Of a stretch of DNA of 64,000 nt, positions 15,011 through 30,100 are shown piece by piece (position 1 is the stretch's first letter; every line of letters begins with the position of its first letter). Source of the stretch: Bispira polyomma (lineage: Eukaryota); assembly GCA_965649765.1 (NCBI GenBank), contig OZ287758.1:20894001-20958000 (forward strand). The letters are read 5' to 3'. The position numbers and the translations under genes are program-made. The notes below the pieces were generated by a model that saw only the letters and a list, made by a program, of their open reading frames with translations, was not told the origin of the DNA and searched no databases.

Positions 15011-18000
15011 ACCCCTGACTGTGAGGAGGGACATCTCTGTTGGTGGCCGTGGTAGCCTAGTTATTGGAAGCGTCTGCTTTAACACCACCAGCATTTCATG
15101 TCCGAGGACAAAATACCAAGACTGCTTCCTTTATGGAGGCAAAGCTGGGCAGGTACTAGTAACATAACTAGTTTGACGTTTCATCTCTTGACATAAAGTG
15201 CACATATATTTCATATAAAAAAACAAATTCAAACTCAATGTATATTACATTACAAGTTCAAATACTGCCTTTGTGTAACTCTATCAAAATTCATTCAGGC
15301 AGCAAATGCTGAAGCCAGAAGAAATGGTCTGCAAAACTAAAACATCAAGCAGTGGGTGTATTTAGAGGAAATACTTCGGGTTATGTGAAGCATAACACAA
15401 CTATACTGATCTTTCACATTTACTAATGTGAAGACACAACCACACGATGTATTAGACTTCTCCATAAATTCCACCCAATTGTACACATAGGGTCACAGGG
15501 CCACATATAAGCAATTTGTTTCACAGTTTCACCCACCAGGGTTCCTCATATCAAAAAGAACCAGTAGCATCGTAAGAATCTTTTATGTTTTACAACCAAA
15601 TGATGACAGATTACAGTACCTGGTAATCACTGAACTTCTGACAACAAGAACAGCAATCTCATTCCTGACCAAACTTACCTCCCTCCTCTCTCCTTAAAGT
15701 TCCTGTACACTAGAGCGAGACAAGTAAATGTTTTTGAAAATAATCTGTGGACAAATTTTTACATCCTATGCATGACCGGTGCACCCATTTGCAGCTGGGT
15801 ATTTGTGCTACTCAATATTTTATATAATAGTAAGTGAATTAGGGTAATTATGTATTCACATACACAGAATTATTAATTGTGTGTAAAAGTAATGAAATGA
15901 CTCGCCTTGACAGTACACTAGCTACAACTCGCCAGACTTGCATATGTGTATGCACACATGTATATGCAAGAAAAGCTTTTAAAGCTAATAATATGACATA
16001 AACTTATCGCATACATTGTGTAACAGTGGAAACTCTTCTAACGTTTGCATCTGTGCTAGCAATTTTCGATGCATTTGTAATGTAAGAAAACTAACATGTA
16101 CATTGGTATTTGCCTTTTGTGCCTGCATTTGCACATTCCTATTTGATTTGATGGAAGTTACCACAAATGAGTTCTTCTTTCTTAAAACATGCGATTAAAA
16201 ACAAGCCCTCATACACAGCTTAAAATTTCCACAAACTCCTCCATAAATACATAATGTGAGTGGTAATCTCAATTTTTCTTAGTGACCTATACTATCGCCT
16301 CTCAGTTTAGCGTATCGCAATGCCAAGTGACTTTTGGGACTAAAAGTGCACAGTGACTAGAATTGGTTTAATTAGTATAAAAATCTTGAAAATCATTAAA
16401 CGGCCAAATGTGCACATATGTGAACATATGCATGAACACGGTGGTGAGATTTAATACTCGCACTAGTGTGCAAACTCCTTTACATATATTCATGCCCCCC
16501 GTCCTTCTCACTCCAACACATGTGTACAGCTGTGATTCCTCCCCAGGATAAATGATCCAGGAAGGTAGGGAGGCTTCACTAAACACAGCTATTATCTCCA
16601 TTCAGTGAACAGAGCATGGAGTTACCTACACATTGATAGATGCTCAAAGCCTCTATATATAAGTCATGCTTTTTCTCAGCACCCAGTAAGTGTAGTGTGT
16701 AAGGAAACAACAGAAGTCCTGGTTTTAGTTTTATGTAGGTGATATTTAACATACATTCAAGTGTCATTCACAAGCGGCTTAATATAACATTATTGTTATT
16801 GCCAATTGTCCAATAAAAAATGTTTAAATCACATTAAAGTATCATTCAGTTAAAATTACAAAATCAATGGTGAAAAACCTGAATATATCCTTATTATTAA
16901 GTATTCTTAATTACAACCTTTTCACAGAGAAAAGTTTCAAAAGTTTGGGAGTCGTTTCAACCATTTTCTTTTACAGCAATATCTAACTATTTATTGCAAC
17001 TGTACCTGCAACTTTAAGTGTAAGACAATCCCCAATTTACAATAAAATCAAAAAAGAAAAACTAACCCCATCCTATGTAACTGTTTAGTAATGTAATACC
17101 TTTATCATCTATGTTTAGGTTTTACTATTGATCTAAGATACTCTTTCAATAAATATCATTTTCACTTTTGTTTTACAGTTAAACGCAAGGCAGAAACCGA
17201 ATTAGTTGTACAAATATACAATGCTGTACAGATAGTGTATATTTACCACAGAAAGCAGATATTGTTAATACAGCTAAGTTTACACATGCTAACTGATGGA
17301 TAACTTAAATCTGTTCTATGGTTTAGCATTCTCTAACCTTAAACTTAAGTTAAGACTCATCCTAAGCTTGGTGAATGTTTTTTGGAATAAATATAATAAC
17401 CTCTACTTGGTACTCTTCATTTAATGGAGATTTCAATACTATAGTCAGATTTTAGTTATATCTTCCCTGTGGGCAGCTATATAGAGCTGCCATTTGAGCT
17501 TAAGTGAAGCTTGGAAAGTTTACTGCCAAAGATCAATTGGCATTCTTGCAGTACATGAAGAGATGGGTGGTTTGTTCCCTAATCCTGAGCAGTCTGTTCT
17601 CCATTGTTTATGTAAGATGTAATACATTCCACTGATAGACTCACAACTCAAACCAATACACAAGCAAGACTTCAAATAAATAGAAAACGGATTGTGGCTT
17701 TAGTTCAGGGTGCATATTTATAGCCTTAAACCAAAACTAAATTAAAAAATAAATCTGTTCTGTAGTATTGTTGTTTACAGTAAAGATATCTAAAATCTGA
17801 TTACACATTCGAGTTCCTGGCTGATTAAAATTATTGGTCACATGTCTAGGTTGTTCCCAACAATTTGGAAACCTATTAATTGTGGTATTTGGGTTTAAGT
17901 ATGAGCTTTTAATAATATCGTTCCTGTGACCAGATTCTCCAGAAAAAAAAAATCCCAACGACAATCTAATGTTCCCCTATCTCTTGCTACAGTGAAGTTG

Positions 18001-21000
18001 ATCAAAATCTGACTGCATATTTGAATTCAGAACTGAAAGTCTAATTAACAAGACTGGTAAGAAGTGCAGGTTAGTTCGACATACGTGAGAATACACTTGA
18101 TTTGAGTCTGAGTTTGAGTTTTTTGGTTTTGCAGAATCCGATCCGTCTCTATAGCAATGTGCTGTAAGTATCCTTTGTTGTGGTAGAAGCTGTTGGTATG
18201 TGTTTTATAGATGTTACAGAACATGTCAGTCAAGGTATGTGTTCTATGGAATGCCAAAGACCTTTCTGTCACTTCTGTCTGTGAATACACTTTGGCTACC
18301 CAAAATTGAATTTCTATATTTGGTTGTTTTTTTGCCCATCAAATTTGTAATTCATTAAGGCCACTATAATACATTGAAGTAGCTCAACTACATTTCCAGG
18401 AAAGATACAAAGATTTATCAGAGCAAGTTAAATATGCTTTAAAAAGTGAAGGAGATTTTCAGCTGTATCTTTTGTGAAGATTTGATGTATGGATGTAAAT
18501 AGCCTCACCAACTGACTGAGATACACATAATTTTGGGGGATGTCACCCTAAAGACATACACAATTTGAAAATGAACCAACATCAACCAACAAAAATGAAG
18601 GTCTGATTTTTTTAATAAATGACACATGAGTTGTCTTACCATAAGAAATACAAATTGAAAAGGAACATACAAAATGGACCAATGGTTTTAAGGCCAGCAG
18701 TCCAAAGGTAGTCTACCTGTGGTAATTCATTATTCGCTCCTGTTTCTGTAAACAAACTGTGATTATAGACAAACAATAATGACTACAGTAAAATGATCTA
18801 TTGGGTTGTCTGGAATGTGGTGGATTTACCACTAACAGTACACCACCTCAAAAAGTGACTTTGGGTAAGTCAGCTACTGTACACTCAGCAATGAATTAAG
18901 GCATTGTCTTTTCCAGGGGCACTTGGTATCCAAATATTGATTAAATTTATACATTTCTAAACTTAAAGCAAGTGTCCCACACATAAGTGACAAACATGCA
19001 CGACCGTGTTGCAACAACTTGTTTGCAATTGTTTCTTGAACAAACCTGACAAAATGGACCTTCCAACGCCATCATTAAGATAGTATGGCGACAACCAGGA
19101 GACACATGTGGGACAGTCATGAAACCACAGTTAAAAAGTATTGAGACAAAGATAGGACAACCGTATGGCAAAGCTCTTTTATGTCTTCCGCTTTTCACCT
19201 ACTTTAATTTTGGCCACAATAGAATATATAGAAATAGAAAGACAATGACAGCGACTTCAAAGACAAAATGAGACAAAGAGGAGACAATAAGGTGATTGTA
19301 TCTTCAGTGTCTCTTCAAGTTCTGCGTCGTAATAGGGGGCGTTTACTTGAGACAACAAAGAGACAACAGAGAGACACCAAAAGGGATCGAGGAGAGACAT
19401 CAAGGAGCCAATAGAGAAACTCTTTGCAACATTTCATGTTACCGATTGTCACAAAGCAAAGTTTAGAAATCTTGTCACCAGGCCCCTTTTAGAAATCTGT
19501 GTTATCCTACGTTAAAAAGTAAAATTTATACAATAAAATTTATTATTAGAAAAAATAAACAACTATGAATACATTTAATTCTACTTATATTGTCAGTAAA
19601 AACATAAAATTAATAATTGTGTCATTTTTTATCTCCAACGAGACTGATGGTAAAATCAGCAGTGTCCTTGTTATCATATAAGGAGCACTCACTATATGTT
19701 CAAAATTAAATTCTGTCACAATTTCTCAAATATTGGAGTAAAAAATTCGGTAAAATCATTTGTTTTTAAAATGATTTTATGTTAAATTTGATATCTTAGT
19801 TGAAGTCTCCAGAGTATAGAAATAACCTGGGGATTCGCACAGGGATTCCCGTATAAAACCACCATTTATTGCATCTACTGCAAAAGTTTATTTATTTTTA
19901 TCTAAATTTCGCAATACTAGCTGCACAGCACTGGACATTCCAGTTATACAGATTGAACGCACTATTATCATACTGTAAAGGTAATGCAATCCTTCTGTAC
20001 ATTTAGAATAAGTACAACAAAAGCAATAAATGAGCTATGTTTTTAAATGACTCGCCCTTTGTATTATTTGAAAAAGGCCTGCTGTTTAACAGTGATAGTT
20101 GTGCTTACCAGTCCATACCCTATGTGTTCTGTATCTAAACATTGTGCAATGATTTCCTTCTAACGCACAATGACCATATTTGAGAGAGTTTATGTCTGCC
20201 TTCCAGAGAAAAACTTTAGCGAAGAATGTAGATAACAAACGTGCAGGTATTGGGGCTGGTAAGCATAGAAAATAGCAAGGAGAACGTTAAAGTGTAAGCC
20301 GCCCGTTTTAACTGTAACTGAAAGAGAAAAACAACATAAGAAAACACATTTGTGGCCAATCTTTTTCTCTATTTTGGTTCTATAGAAATGCATTTTATAA
20401 GCAGCAATTGTAATTGAAAACACAGATATGAAAAGATTCACATAAAAACGTGACCTCCACAGTCTAATGAAAATCTTCTCAAGTTTGCAACTGTTACATA
20501 AGATCTTTTTCATAGAAAATGTCAACAACCCCGCCATAAGTAGTAAAAATACCGATAAATGTAGAAAGGCGCCATTAATTGATATTTTTATTTCTATGCT
20601 TTTTGCAGCAATTATTCCTCTAATTATTTTTGACTTTCCAAAGTGTTGTTCAAAACTATTGATGAATGCTCTGAAATTTAAAAGAAGTAGGAAATATAGC
20701 TTTGGCTCGGTGTGAGAAGAGATCAAGGAGATCCACAAACCTGCTCACGTTCTTAGAAATGCATTTGATCTTTTAATTTCCTGGTTTCATTAAGCATTAC
20801 ATGTGTATACACTAGTGCTCCGACATTTACATTTTTTTCCTATCTAAGATAAATTTACCTAAGCTCTTTCTGTTCTTAGCAGGCAAACTATTCTCCATAT
20901 AATTTATTTCAATAAGGACCATATCAAAAATAATCTTAATAAATTATGTCTTGTATAAACTATCCTGCTGATAATGTTGCCATGGTATATTTGTAGTTTC

Positions 21001-23334
21001 AGAACTATTTAGCTACTTTACTTCATATATGTAGTTTTAAATTATATTTTTCATCCATCAGCAATCCAATATATTTATATCTTATAAAGGAGACATATCT
21101 TAAGGTTTTAAAACTATCAACTATTCATATTTGTATTCTAATTTATATTTCAGCCCAGTCATTTATCTTTGTCTGGTATTAAAAACACTGATTAACATTT
21201 AAATGACTGCCTATGTACAGCCAATCAACAGCAGTGACTGCCATATACACCACTGAGGTCAAAGTCTTAAGATTTATCATTTGTCAATGATCTCAAGGTT
21301 CTTTAGTCTGCCACTAGTAATAAGATCTAATGACTGAAGATACTGTTATTTGAAGTGGCCAGTCAAGTCACTGTGGGTCCGTCTATACCTGGGAGCCGCA
21401 GTCGTGTACCTTTCAAATCGAGTGTGCTACGCACAAGGTCCCTAGTCACCAACTGGATGACAAATCCAACACCAATGCATACCTATCATTGCTAAATGTG
21501 TACTGATAACATTGGTACTTTTCGACATATTACTTAAATTGCTGCCTTAATTGAAAAATACACTATTGCTATTGTATTGCATTATGGATTTATAACGTAA
21601 ATAATTGATTCTAAAGTGTGACAGCACAGTAGATCTACCAAGGGATTGTCTGAAAAACATAAATAAGTTGTAAGAAAAATTTGCCACATAACCTGACACT
21701 AAATTAAATGTAAAGTCATTGAATTTAAAATATCAGTTAAACAGAGTTAGGACTGCATCTGCTTCATGTAGTGAACTGCATCAAAAACCCTGGGTAAGTA
21801 TTTGAAATAATTTTTGGGGGCTAAAAATCCCAAGACACGGAAACACAGACAGAAACGTCAAGACTTACTAGCATTTAAAGCCAGGTATAGAGTTTGAAGC
21901 AAAATGATCTGTATGTAGTCCTTGTCACCAGTGCACGTTCTTTGTCCTCAGTGTCAGAATATCCTTGAAAAGTCCAACAGTGTGATGGCGGTGTTAGATG
22001 ATCACCAATTATACAAAAGTTAATTGTTTGTTGTCAGCGGTAAAATCAGCACTTCAAATAACCTGAGATCGGCACATGTCTTTACACAGTGGTCATTATT
22101 TAGTTCAGTTTAATAACTACTGGTATTTGTCAAGACAGAAATTTATCAAGACAGAATTTGACCATCAATTTTTTGAAATTCAAGTTCCCGAATGCATACT
22201 AGTGTATATTTGTCTGATGTATGGGAATATGATCAGCTTTCCCCTAAAACATCCTGTATTTCTTGTCAGTGTCAGATTTAATCCGGAGAAAACAACACTA
22301 CAGGGAATCGTCCCCAGTATATTAATTGTGAAGGCTGATAGTCATTCCTCGGGGGAGCAACTCTAGCATCATTATCCTGATTTAATGATTTCACTCTATT
22401 TACAGACGACTACACAGTACAAGCCTGCTTCTCTCCATCTGTGTCTGTATTCTGTATTCCACACACTGGTCACTGTTTCTCCTCACGATTTTAATTTCAC
22501 ACTTGTCAAGCATGGGTTGCTATTTTCTGCACCTCAAGTGATGAAGTCACCCCCTGTTGTCAAAGTTCACAGCATTAAACAAACAAGAATGCACACATGA
22601 TATTTACAGCAAAAAGAAGTGTTAAATATTTTCACTTTATAAAACATGTAACAATCAAGTCATTGATTTTAATACTGTGTATGAACAAAAAATCTTGACA
22701 AAAAAACCCCCCATTTTTCCCCAATTTTCGCCCACTGCTATGAAACAGTTTTTCCCCTTCTCTTTCACCAACTGTGCAGGTTTGTGTTATTGACTCCCAA
22801 GCCAAAAACTTTCCATGGAGGTAAATTAGCAAAGCAGCGGTGATCCTTCAAATACGTCAAGATAGGCCAAGCTGGGCGTAAATAGGAGAAGCTTCGTAAG
22901 AGGCAGGATTAGTGTCTTCTGCTGGAAGCAGACGACTTTTTGCAGTGCTTGAAAGGTCACCTTTGGTTTTTTTATGGTTTGGGTTGTCTTTTTTCATAAA
23001 TTCTTTATCCGTCCTATTTACTACAACCTTGGTGCTACAGTTTTTAGAAGTTAATTGAAGCAAATACAAGGACATTTAAATGTTTTCAACGAAATGCATA
23101 TGAATAATCAATGAAAGAACAATAATTTTGGCCAACAGAATGCTTGTTCCAATGTTACATTGTTGTTCATTGGCATTCCAATGTCTTTGCAAAACTAAAT
23201 AATCTCTTCAACAATGACATTGATCAGTTTATCAAGTTTAAGGTACACAACAAAAGCAACTGTGTAGTTCGTTCGTCAACTTGACTAGGGAGAAACCATT
23301 TGATTTAACCTTTTGTATACCCAGGCTTAATTAA

Positions 23335-23545
23335 CATTTTTGTTTAACGTCGCTTGTAACACATTGTACAGGTCACATCATGACAGTCAATTTTAGTGCT
23401 GAAGGAAGCTGGTGTCTACTGGTTGGTCAAGCTTCTACACTGTAAACCAGCAACCATGGACAAGTTACTGGCAATTTTTCCACTAAAAGCACCAGCCAAG
23501 ATTTGAACCAGGATCATAGAGGTGGGGAGCTAGTGTGTTAGCACT
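23335..23545 (-). mobile_element. tRNA-derived SINE copy (diverged); a plus-strand SINE head follows at about 23547
   Basis: tttgtttaacgtc tail, gtcaagcttctacactgtaaaccagc body and gatttgaacc box B; similar to 51960-52220. Confidence 0.55.
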
Positions 23546-24110
23546 GGGGTCGTGGTGGACTAGGGATTATAACGGTTAGTTTAAATATCACTAGCCTCTC
23601 ATCCACTGCGTTTTTCATTTGGGAAAGTTCACTTGCTGTTGTACTTGTTGTGTATAAGAAAGTGATGTAACCTCTCCTCCAATTTATTTTAAATGTTAAA
23701 TTCATAAGGTCCAGTTAGAATGTAACCAATGTTTAATGTTTGGCCTTTTGACACAAAATGCACACAACTTAGATGTAACAAAAGCATTTAAACGAAATAT
23801 GTATGGAGTTATTATTGGCAAGTGGTGACATATATGATGCTAATTGGGCAGAGTTTAAAAAATAAACTAGTAATAAGACAACAAATAAATCTGTTAGATT
23901 TCTAGCCTTCCCACTACAAAAACGTTTTATGATCTACCAAATGGTTTGCTCATATAAAATATGACCAGAAAAACCTTGCTAACCTTGCATGTGTTGTAGT
24001 AAAGGTTTAGACATGGGATGCTCTATTATGGCTGTAAACCTGGGTTTATGATCTTGTCTGACAATTAGTAGGTGATGCTACTTAATGGGAAACTGAATCT
24101 CAAACAAAAA

Positions 24111-24158
24111 CCTCTCACCACAATCTCTCACCACAATCTCTCACCACAATCTCTCACA
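24111..24158. repeat. 13-nt tandem repeat (acaatctctcacc) x ~3.5
   Basis: Directly visible. Confidence 0.9.
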
Positions 24159-27100
24159 AGAGATGCCTTCAAAGAATGTTTAACAAGAAGCAGCAGCTCT
24201 GCCACTTCACTGAGGTGGGGAGGACCTTCTGAAATTATGATAGTTAGTTTTAGATATTTTTATGTTTAGAAATTTTTATATTTGTATTTTTTATTGCTTT
24301 GATATATGACACTCTGTAAACAATAATACTTTTAGATTACATCACAATGGTAAAAAATTAATTTTCGGTTATTTCACTTTTAGATAATGACTTTAGCCGT
24401 TGTAACCATGATTTTCTATTACAATTTTTGCCTTTTAACTTGTTCCTGAGAATCAAAAATAACAACACTGTCAGTGTCGCATGTTGAAAGTAAATAAATG
24501 AAACAAATATGTAACTTTTATTTTAATTGTCACACATTTGGTTCCCGAAACCTTTATCTTTCATTGAAAGATTGATGTTGACCGGTTATGGTTGCAATAA
24601 TCTTTTCTTTGTTTAAAACAATTTTAGTTTTACTTATTACATGACTGATGGGATGGAGCTGTTCCACTGTACGCACAGTGGAATATGTATTTCTTTATTA
24701 CTGTTGACATGACACTACTTAGTTCCCCTGTAAAGACATTAATCATTGTCAAAGTTTTGTAATCCCCAATCTTAGATCTATGGCTGTCTTCTTATAAGAA
24801 ACTCACATTTCAGTTATCTTGACCTTTGACATGGCTGTCAGAACCTTTTATTTCAGATTTCATCCCAGGAAGTTAATATTTCTTAAATATTTGTGAGGTG
24901 TCGATGTTCAATTTTTTGTAATTTGATAAATGATCTTAAAGGTTTGAATGTTTTTAATATGCATGTATAAAGTCTTGTATTTTAACTGCTATTGGTTGTA
25001 AACACTAATTGTGTGTTCTAGTCTATTTAGAACTTTGGACCTGGATAAAATACCTTGGGTTTTAATAGATTCCACTCTATTTGCCAGTATCTAGTATAAT
25101 CAAAACTTGTGTAAATTTGGAAGTGATATTTGATCGCATATTTGTAAAAGGACATAATCGTACAAGATTTGGAGTGCTTCTGTTTTAAATGTGACCTTTG
25201 CAATGATGTGATAGACACTAAGTTACAAAGCTAAAATTCAACACAGGTTAATTCCCAGTTTTGTCTAACCTGGCCAATCATGTAATCATTGGATTTTTGC
25301 TCCAGTAATGCTTAATTGTTTTCCGTATGATTACAATAGCAATGTTCAAGCGAACAAACCGTTTGACGTAAGACTCAACCTGTAGTGACAGGAATGTGCT
25401 TTCGACTGACTGAAAAAAGTAAGCTGGTTTACTTAATCATAGCTTCTTCGAGACAAGTAAACAAGAGAAGAGAGCAGAAGAGGCTTCCTTGTATTGAGCT
25501 GTAGTGATTGATAGCCAAGGGCTGGAGGTCTTATATCATTCACACTCACATTAGCACCTCTCTACTCCTTTACAAGCTCATCATTATGCAGAGGCAGATA
25601 GGTAATGGCTTCTGGTGGTGGCCTATTGCTGACAGAGTGTTCACACAGTGAAAACAAACTACAAAAAACAACTTACAGTATATGTCCAAATTTACAATTA
25701 ATTATAAAGATATAGTGTTGGTTGAACATCTGTAGTATATTATACAAAATTTAGTGAGAGATATACAGAATAAAATCCCAAATCTTTATCGTTGGCTCCC
25801 TTTTTAAGGTCATTGTCTATCTCACCTCACTTTTGAATGTGTACACATTTGTGTAGGCCAATCTGGTGCAGTTTGGGGTAATCAATGATTGGTTTTATGA
25901 AGTTTAGGAATTTTTATTATTATGTAATGACATAATTTTAGTGTAACTTGTGTACAAATATATATATTGATACACAATAATAAAAATTATCTAATTGATA
26001 ATTGATTTTTCCTGATATGTTTCCAAAATTGTAATACTATTGAACACTTTTATAGATGTGTGGGGTCCACTAAACCCACTTCTATTGTTCCATTTCTGTC
26101 AAATCAGTGCATTTCTAATAATTAAGTTAAAATTGGTACATCAAAATCATTAAATAAAATTATATTTACATAGACTTCTATCACTTTACGTTTATTTATA
26201 TTTATAAATGGTGTATGTGTATTTGACAATTCAGATGATGAACTTTGATCAATACTTAAAAGTACAACTTGTTTCTATCACCTTAGATTTTAGAAGTTTT
26301 AGTCAGAGAATTGCCTTTGACTCAGACAATTATTTTTTAAACTCCTGATTCCATCCATTCCTCTACGCATATATCTGGCTGTCGTGATATGAAACGTAGT
26401 GTTTGACATTTTAAATATAATATTGACTGTATTTTGAATGCTTATTTCAACTTTAAATTATAGTGAGTCATATTTGCCAGTTACTTTCTATTCATATGCT
26501 AAGCCATCTAAATACAATAACAGGATTGTATGATATCACTTGATGTCTAAAACAAAACAATGGTAATGTTTTACATCTATATTCTAATTCTTGATTTTTT
26601 GGTTGAACTGATTTGGTTCCCTAAACATGTTATCTCCAAAAAATCTGATTGGCTGAGACTAACAAAATTGGAATAACTGCATTCTAACACTGTTTGTAAA
26701 TATGACCCCTGTATTGTTTTTCTGTGCCTTGATTAAGAATACATGTCGAGTGATCCAGTATGTCAAGAGGATGACCTTACAGTGATAGATGGTAGTAATA
26801 ACTTAGTAATAGATTACCTACCAAGGTCAATTTAAATTACAGGCAAAACCGTCAAAAAATGTCTTGAGAAAACCTGATACCAATTCAACTCAGGTCTCAA
26901 GTCTTTGGAGACATTGGCGTGATTACAATAAATTACAGTGTTAATATGAAAAGTTTTCAGAAATATAACTTTACACAAAAAAGGAAATCCAATGCAATAG
27001 TATATAATTAGTATATCACAGAGCGGGTGTATATTTAGCTAACACAAAAGTCAACAATAGGGTCTGGATAAAGTTCTCTAGATTATTGTAATATCCAGGA

Positions 27101-30100
27101 CCTTCACTCAGTGTACGTGCCTTGCAATGCAAACCATACATGGAGAGTAGGCAGCCCTCCAATCCGGGGTGTTTAACTGCTATGCAGAATACTGGGCCGG
27201 CAAAACTAGCATCCTTCAAGGTTCTGCTGACATAACATTTAATAAGAGTGGCGTTCTATACAATACAATCTGATCAAACCCTATTAGATACCCAAAGATA
27301 ACGTGTTACTATAAAGTGTCTGTAGCTTGTAACTGACATAGAAGGCTGATAAACAGCATCAAACAATTTGATTGATTGCTTTTGTTAAGAATTTCAATTT
27401 TTACATCACATTTAGTTGGCCCATGTGAAGTGTATCATTGTTTTAAATGACTCTTCCTTGCTTAGTTATTTAAGTTAAGGATATCATAAAATTTGTACTA
27501 GTCCAATGCAGCCCTGAAACCATTCCAAGCACTAATATTATTTTCTGGTGTATCATATCAAGATTTATAACCAGTTGAGTTGAGTGCCAGGCGTTTTTTG
27601 TGACTGCTAGATTGAATCAGAAGGTTAAGCTTTACCCTGGAGCTGACTGTGACAGTTTGGCCCTGTCCAGGGACTTACAACACGTTTATAAAACCCATAT
27701 ATCAATTAGGACAGAATCTGACACTGTATTAGCCTCATAATGTGCTCAAATATATATTTACTACACTGATTGAGATGTATGACAGAAACGCTCAGAATGT
27801 ACCCAGAAATGGCAAATATTTAACCATCAGGGCTTTAATTAATCCTATAATTACAATGTGTGCTTTCAGTTAATATGAATTTATGATTCTAAGTGATTGT
27901 CTGAGGTGCATATTTTGTCAACTGTTACAGTAATTGGGGAGTAAACTGGATTTTATGGGGACTTCAAGCTGACAAGCAACCAAAGTGTCAAAATCCAAGA
28001 ATGTAATTTAATTTAGCTGACGCAAGACTGAAATAATAAAACAAATAAGTAAAGGAAGAAACTGGATCAAAGACAGTGGGTTTTGCTTTTAAAATTATTT
28101 AGAAATATAGGAAATTAGGGAATTAAGTAGTGTAACAAATATATGGAACATACTTTTAAGCATTTTATTTTGAAATGTTGTGCTTGCTCCATATGAGAAC
28201 AATGACAGATTTTTTTAAAAGGTGTAATTCCAAATTGAACTTAAAATACAACTTAACCATATTATATCCGTATCACATCATAAATTTTTCTCAGTAGAGA
28301 TATTCACTGTAGTTCAAATGTTTGGACACTAATCTTTGAACATGGGTCTGAAAACTAGTTCCAACGAGAAGTGATCAAATATCACGAAGCAGTAAATTGT
28401 GTAAACCTTGACCATGGCCCCTTTGGATGTAATAACCAGAAGCACTATCTATAATATTAATACACAACAGTGTCTAAAGGGTTGTAGGCGTCTTCCTAAG
28501 GCCGCCTGGTTGTGATGGAACCTTGTACTCTAACATGGTGTTATTTTCTGTTTTATGTTTCTTAGCAAAAGTCACCCTTTATATTTCTGCTGCTGTGCTA
28601 CGTCACATCAATGTCATTATTAAATAGAGATGACGTCAATTTACCAAATCAAATACATTATCTTGATGTCACAAAAAGTTAGGTTTAAGCCACCCTTCAA
28701 ATTTAAGCCTGTGACATGAACAGCTTGTAGTCTAAAAATAACTTGTCACCGTGGAAAAAGTGACAGTTTACAGGGAAAATGCCAGGATATTGTTGCATAC
28801 ATGTCAGTGTTTAATAGAGAACAAGAGTTGTCATTTAAAAAGACACAGGAACACAGTGTGAAATACACTAGCGTTGATATGGTCACTCACCAATCCATGA
28901 ATGCCACATAATGTCTAAGATGGCATCACTCTTTTTAAAGATTCCTGCACCCTGTTTAGAATGAAAACAATATCCTGATGGAAAAAACACTATCAAAGAA
29001 ATCCAGAACAGCAAATCAAATAGATGTGACAGCACAAACATGGGCGATAATTGAGTAATAGTGGGAAAACAGTGCAGCTACACAGGTCAAGTATTCCCGA
29101 TATGTGTGAGATCTAAAGGGCGTATGTTAGAGACTGAGTGGCTGAGGTGTTATGTCCTTCTGAATGGGAAAGAACTGGGGAAGATGATGAATTGTTGTCA
29201 GCTGCTTGTATCTCTGCAATACTATCTATTATTTGTGTAGGCAGATCTGCATGTTTAGGTTTTCATCAAAAACTTGGAATTTAATTTTTTTTAAATACTT
29301 CATTTCCAGTAATGATTATTTTTTCAGTAACATATGACACCTATGGTTCAGTTGAGGCATTTGAATCAGTATTGGTACATTTATTGTATTTAAGGGATAC
29401 ATTCACAAAAAAATGGTCTTTCATCTAAATGGTGTCAGATGTGATAGTGGAGGCTTTTTGAAAAGGAGTAATCAGTTTGAATTAGATTATGACCTGTTGA
29501 TAACAAGGCAGATTTGGGAAAGCACACCTAAGTTTGTACAGTCAGAGTTCAGCCTAAAGCTCTAAGATAACAGGCCAAGTGCTCTTCTTTATAAAATGTC
29601 TCTTTTTACCCATGTACAAGAGTGGTATTCATAGAAACTATGCTTTTGCTTTTAATACATAATATGAGTATTTAAGTGAAACCATTTTACACAGATATGG
29701 TTTGGTCATACATTAGTGTTCCCTGGTTTATGGCTTTGGGAGGTCCTCTGAGCAATCCCTGTTAAAATGATGCAATGGTGGTTCCCTAGGCTCTAATGAT
29801 TAGGGAGCTGGTCGAATGATCAGTGATTCAACTACTGGTAAGGTTAAAATGGTTCTAACATCCTTCAGTGGACACCCCATGGCCTACTGGTGATTACCAG
29901 TGGTATGTTATTGGACTAGGCCTGGTCGGAGAACAAGCTCCCTGGAGGATGTAAATGCTCCAATATAAAAAAAGAATTATTTAAGTAATATCCTTGGACA
30001 TATATATGGACACACCAATGCTAAAGTTGCTGGAGTAGCCCTTTTTATACAGAACAAGTGCTTCAGATGATGTACTCTCATCAATCTGTCACGGTTAGTT

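Noticed and set aside
20190-20738. 182-aa minus ORF and overlapping plus ORF
   Set aside because: F/I/L/K composition typical of AT-rich non-coding DNA, no motif; the region looks like a non-autonomous DNA element but I could not confirm TIRs
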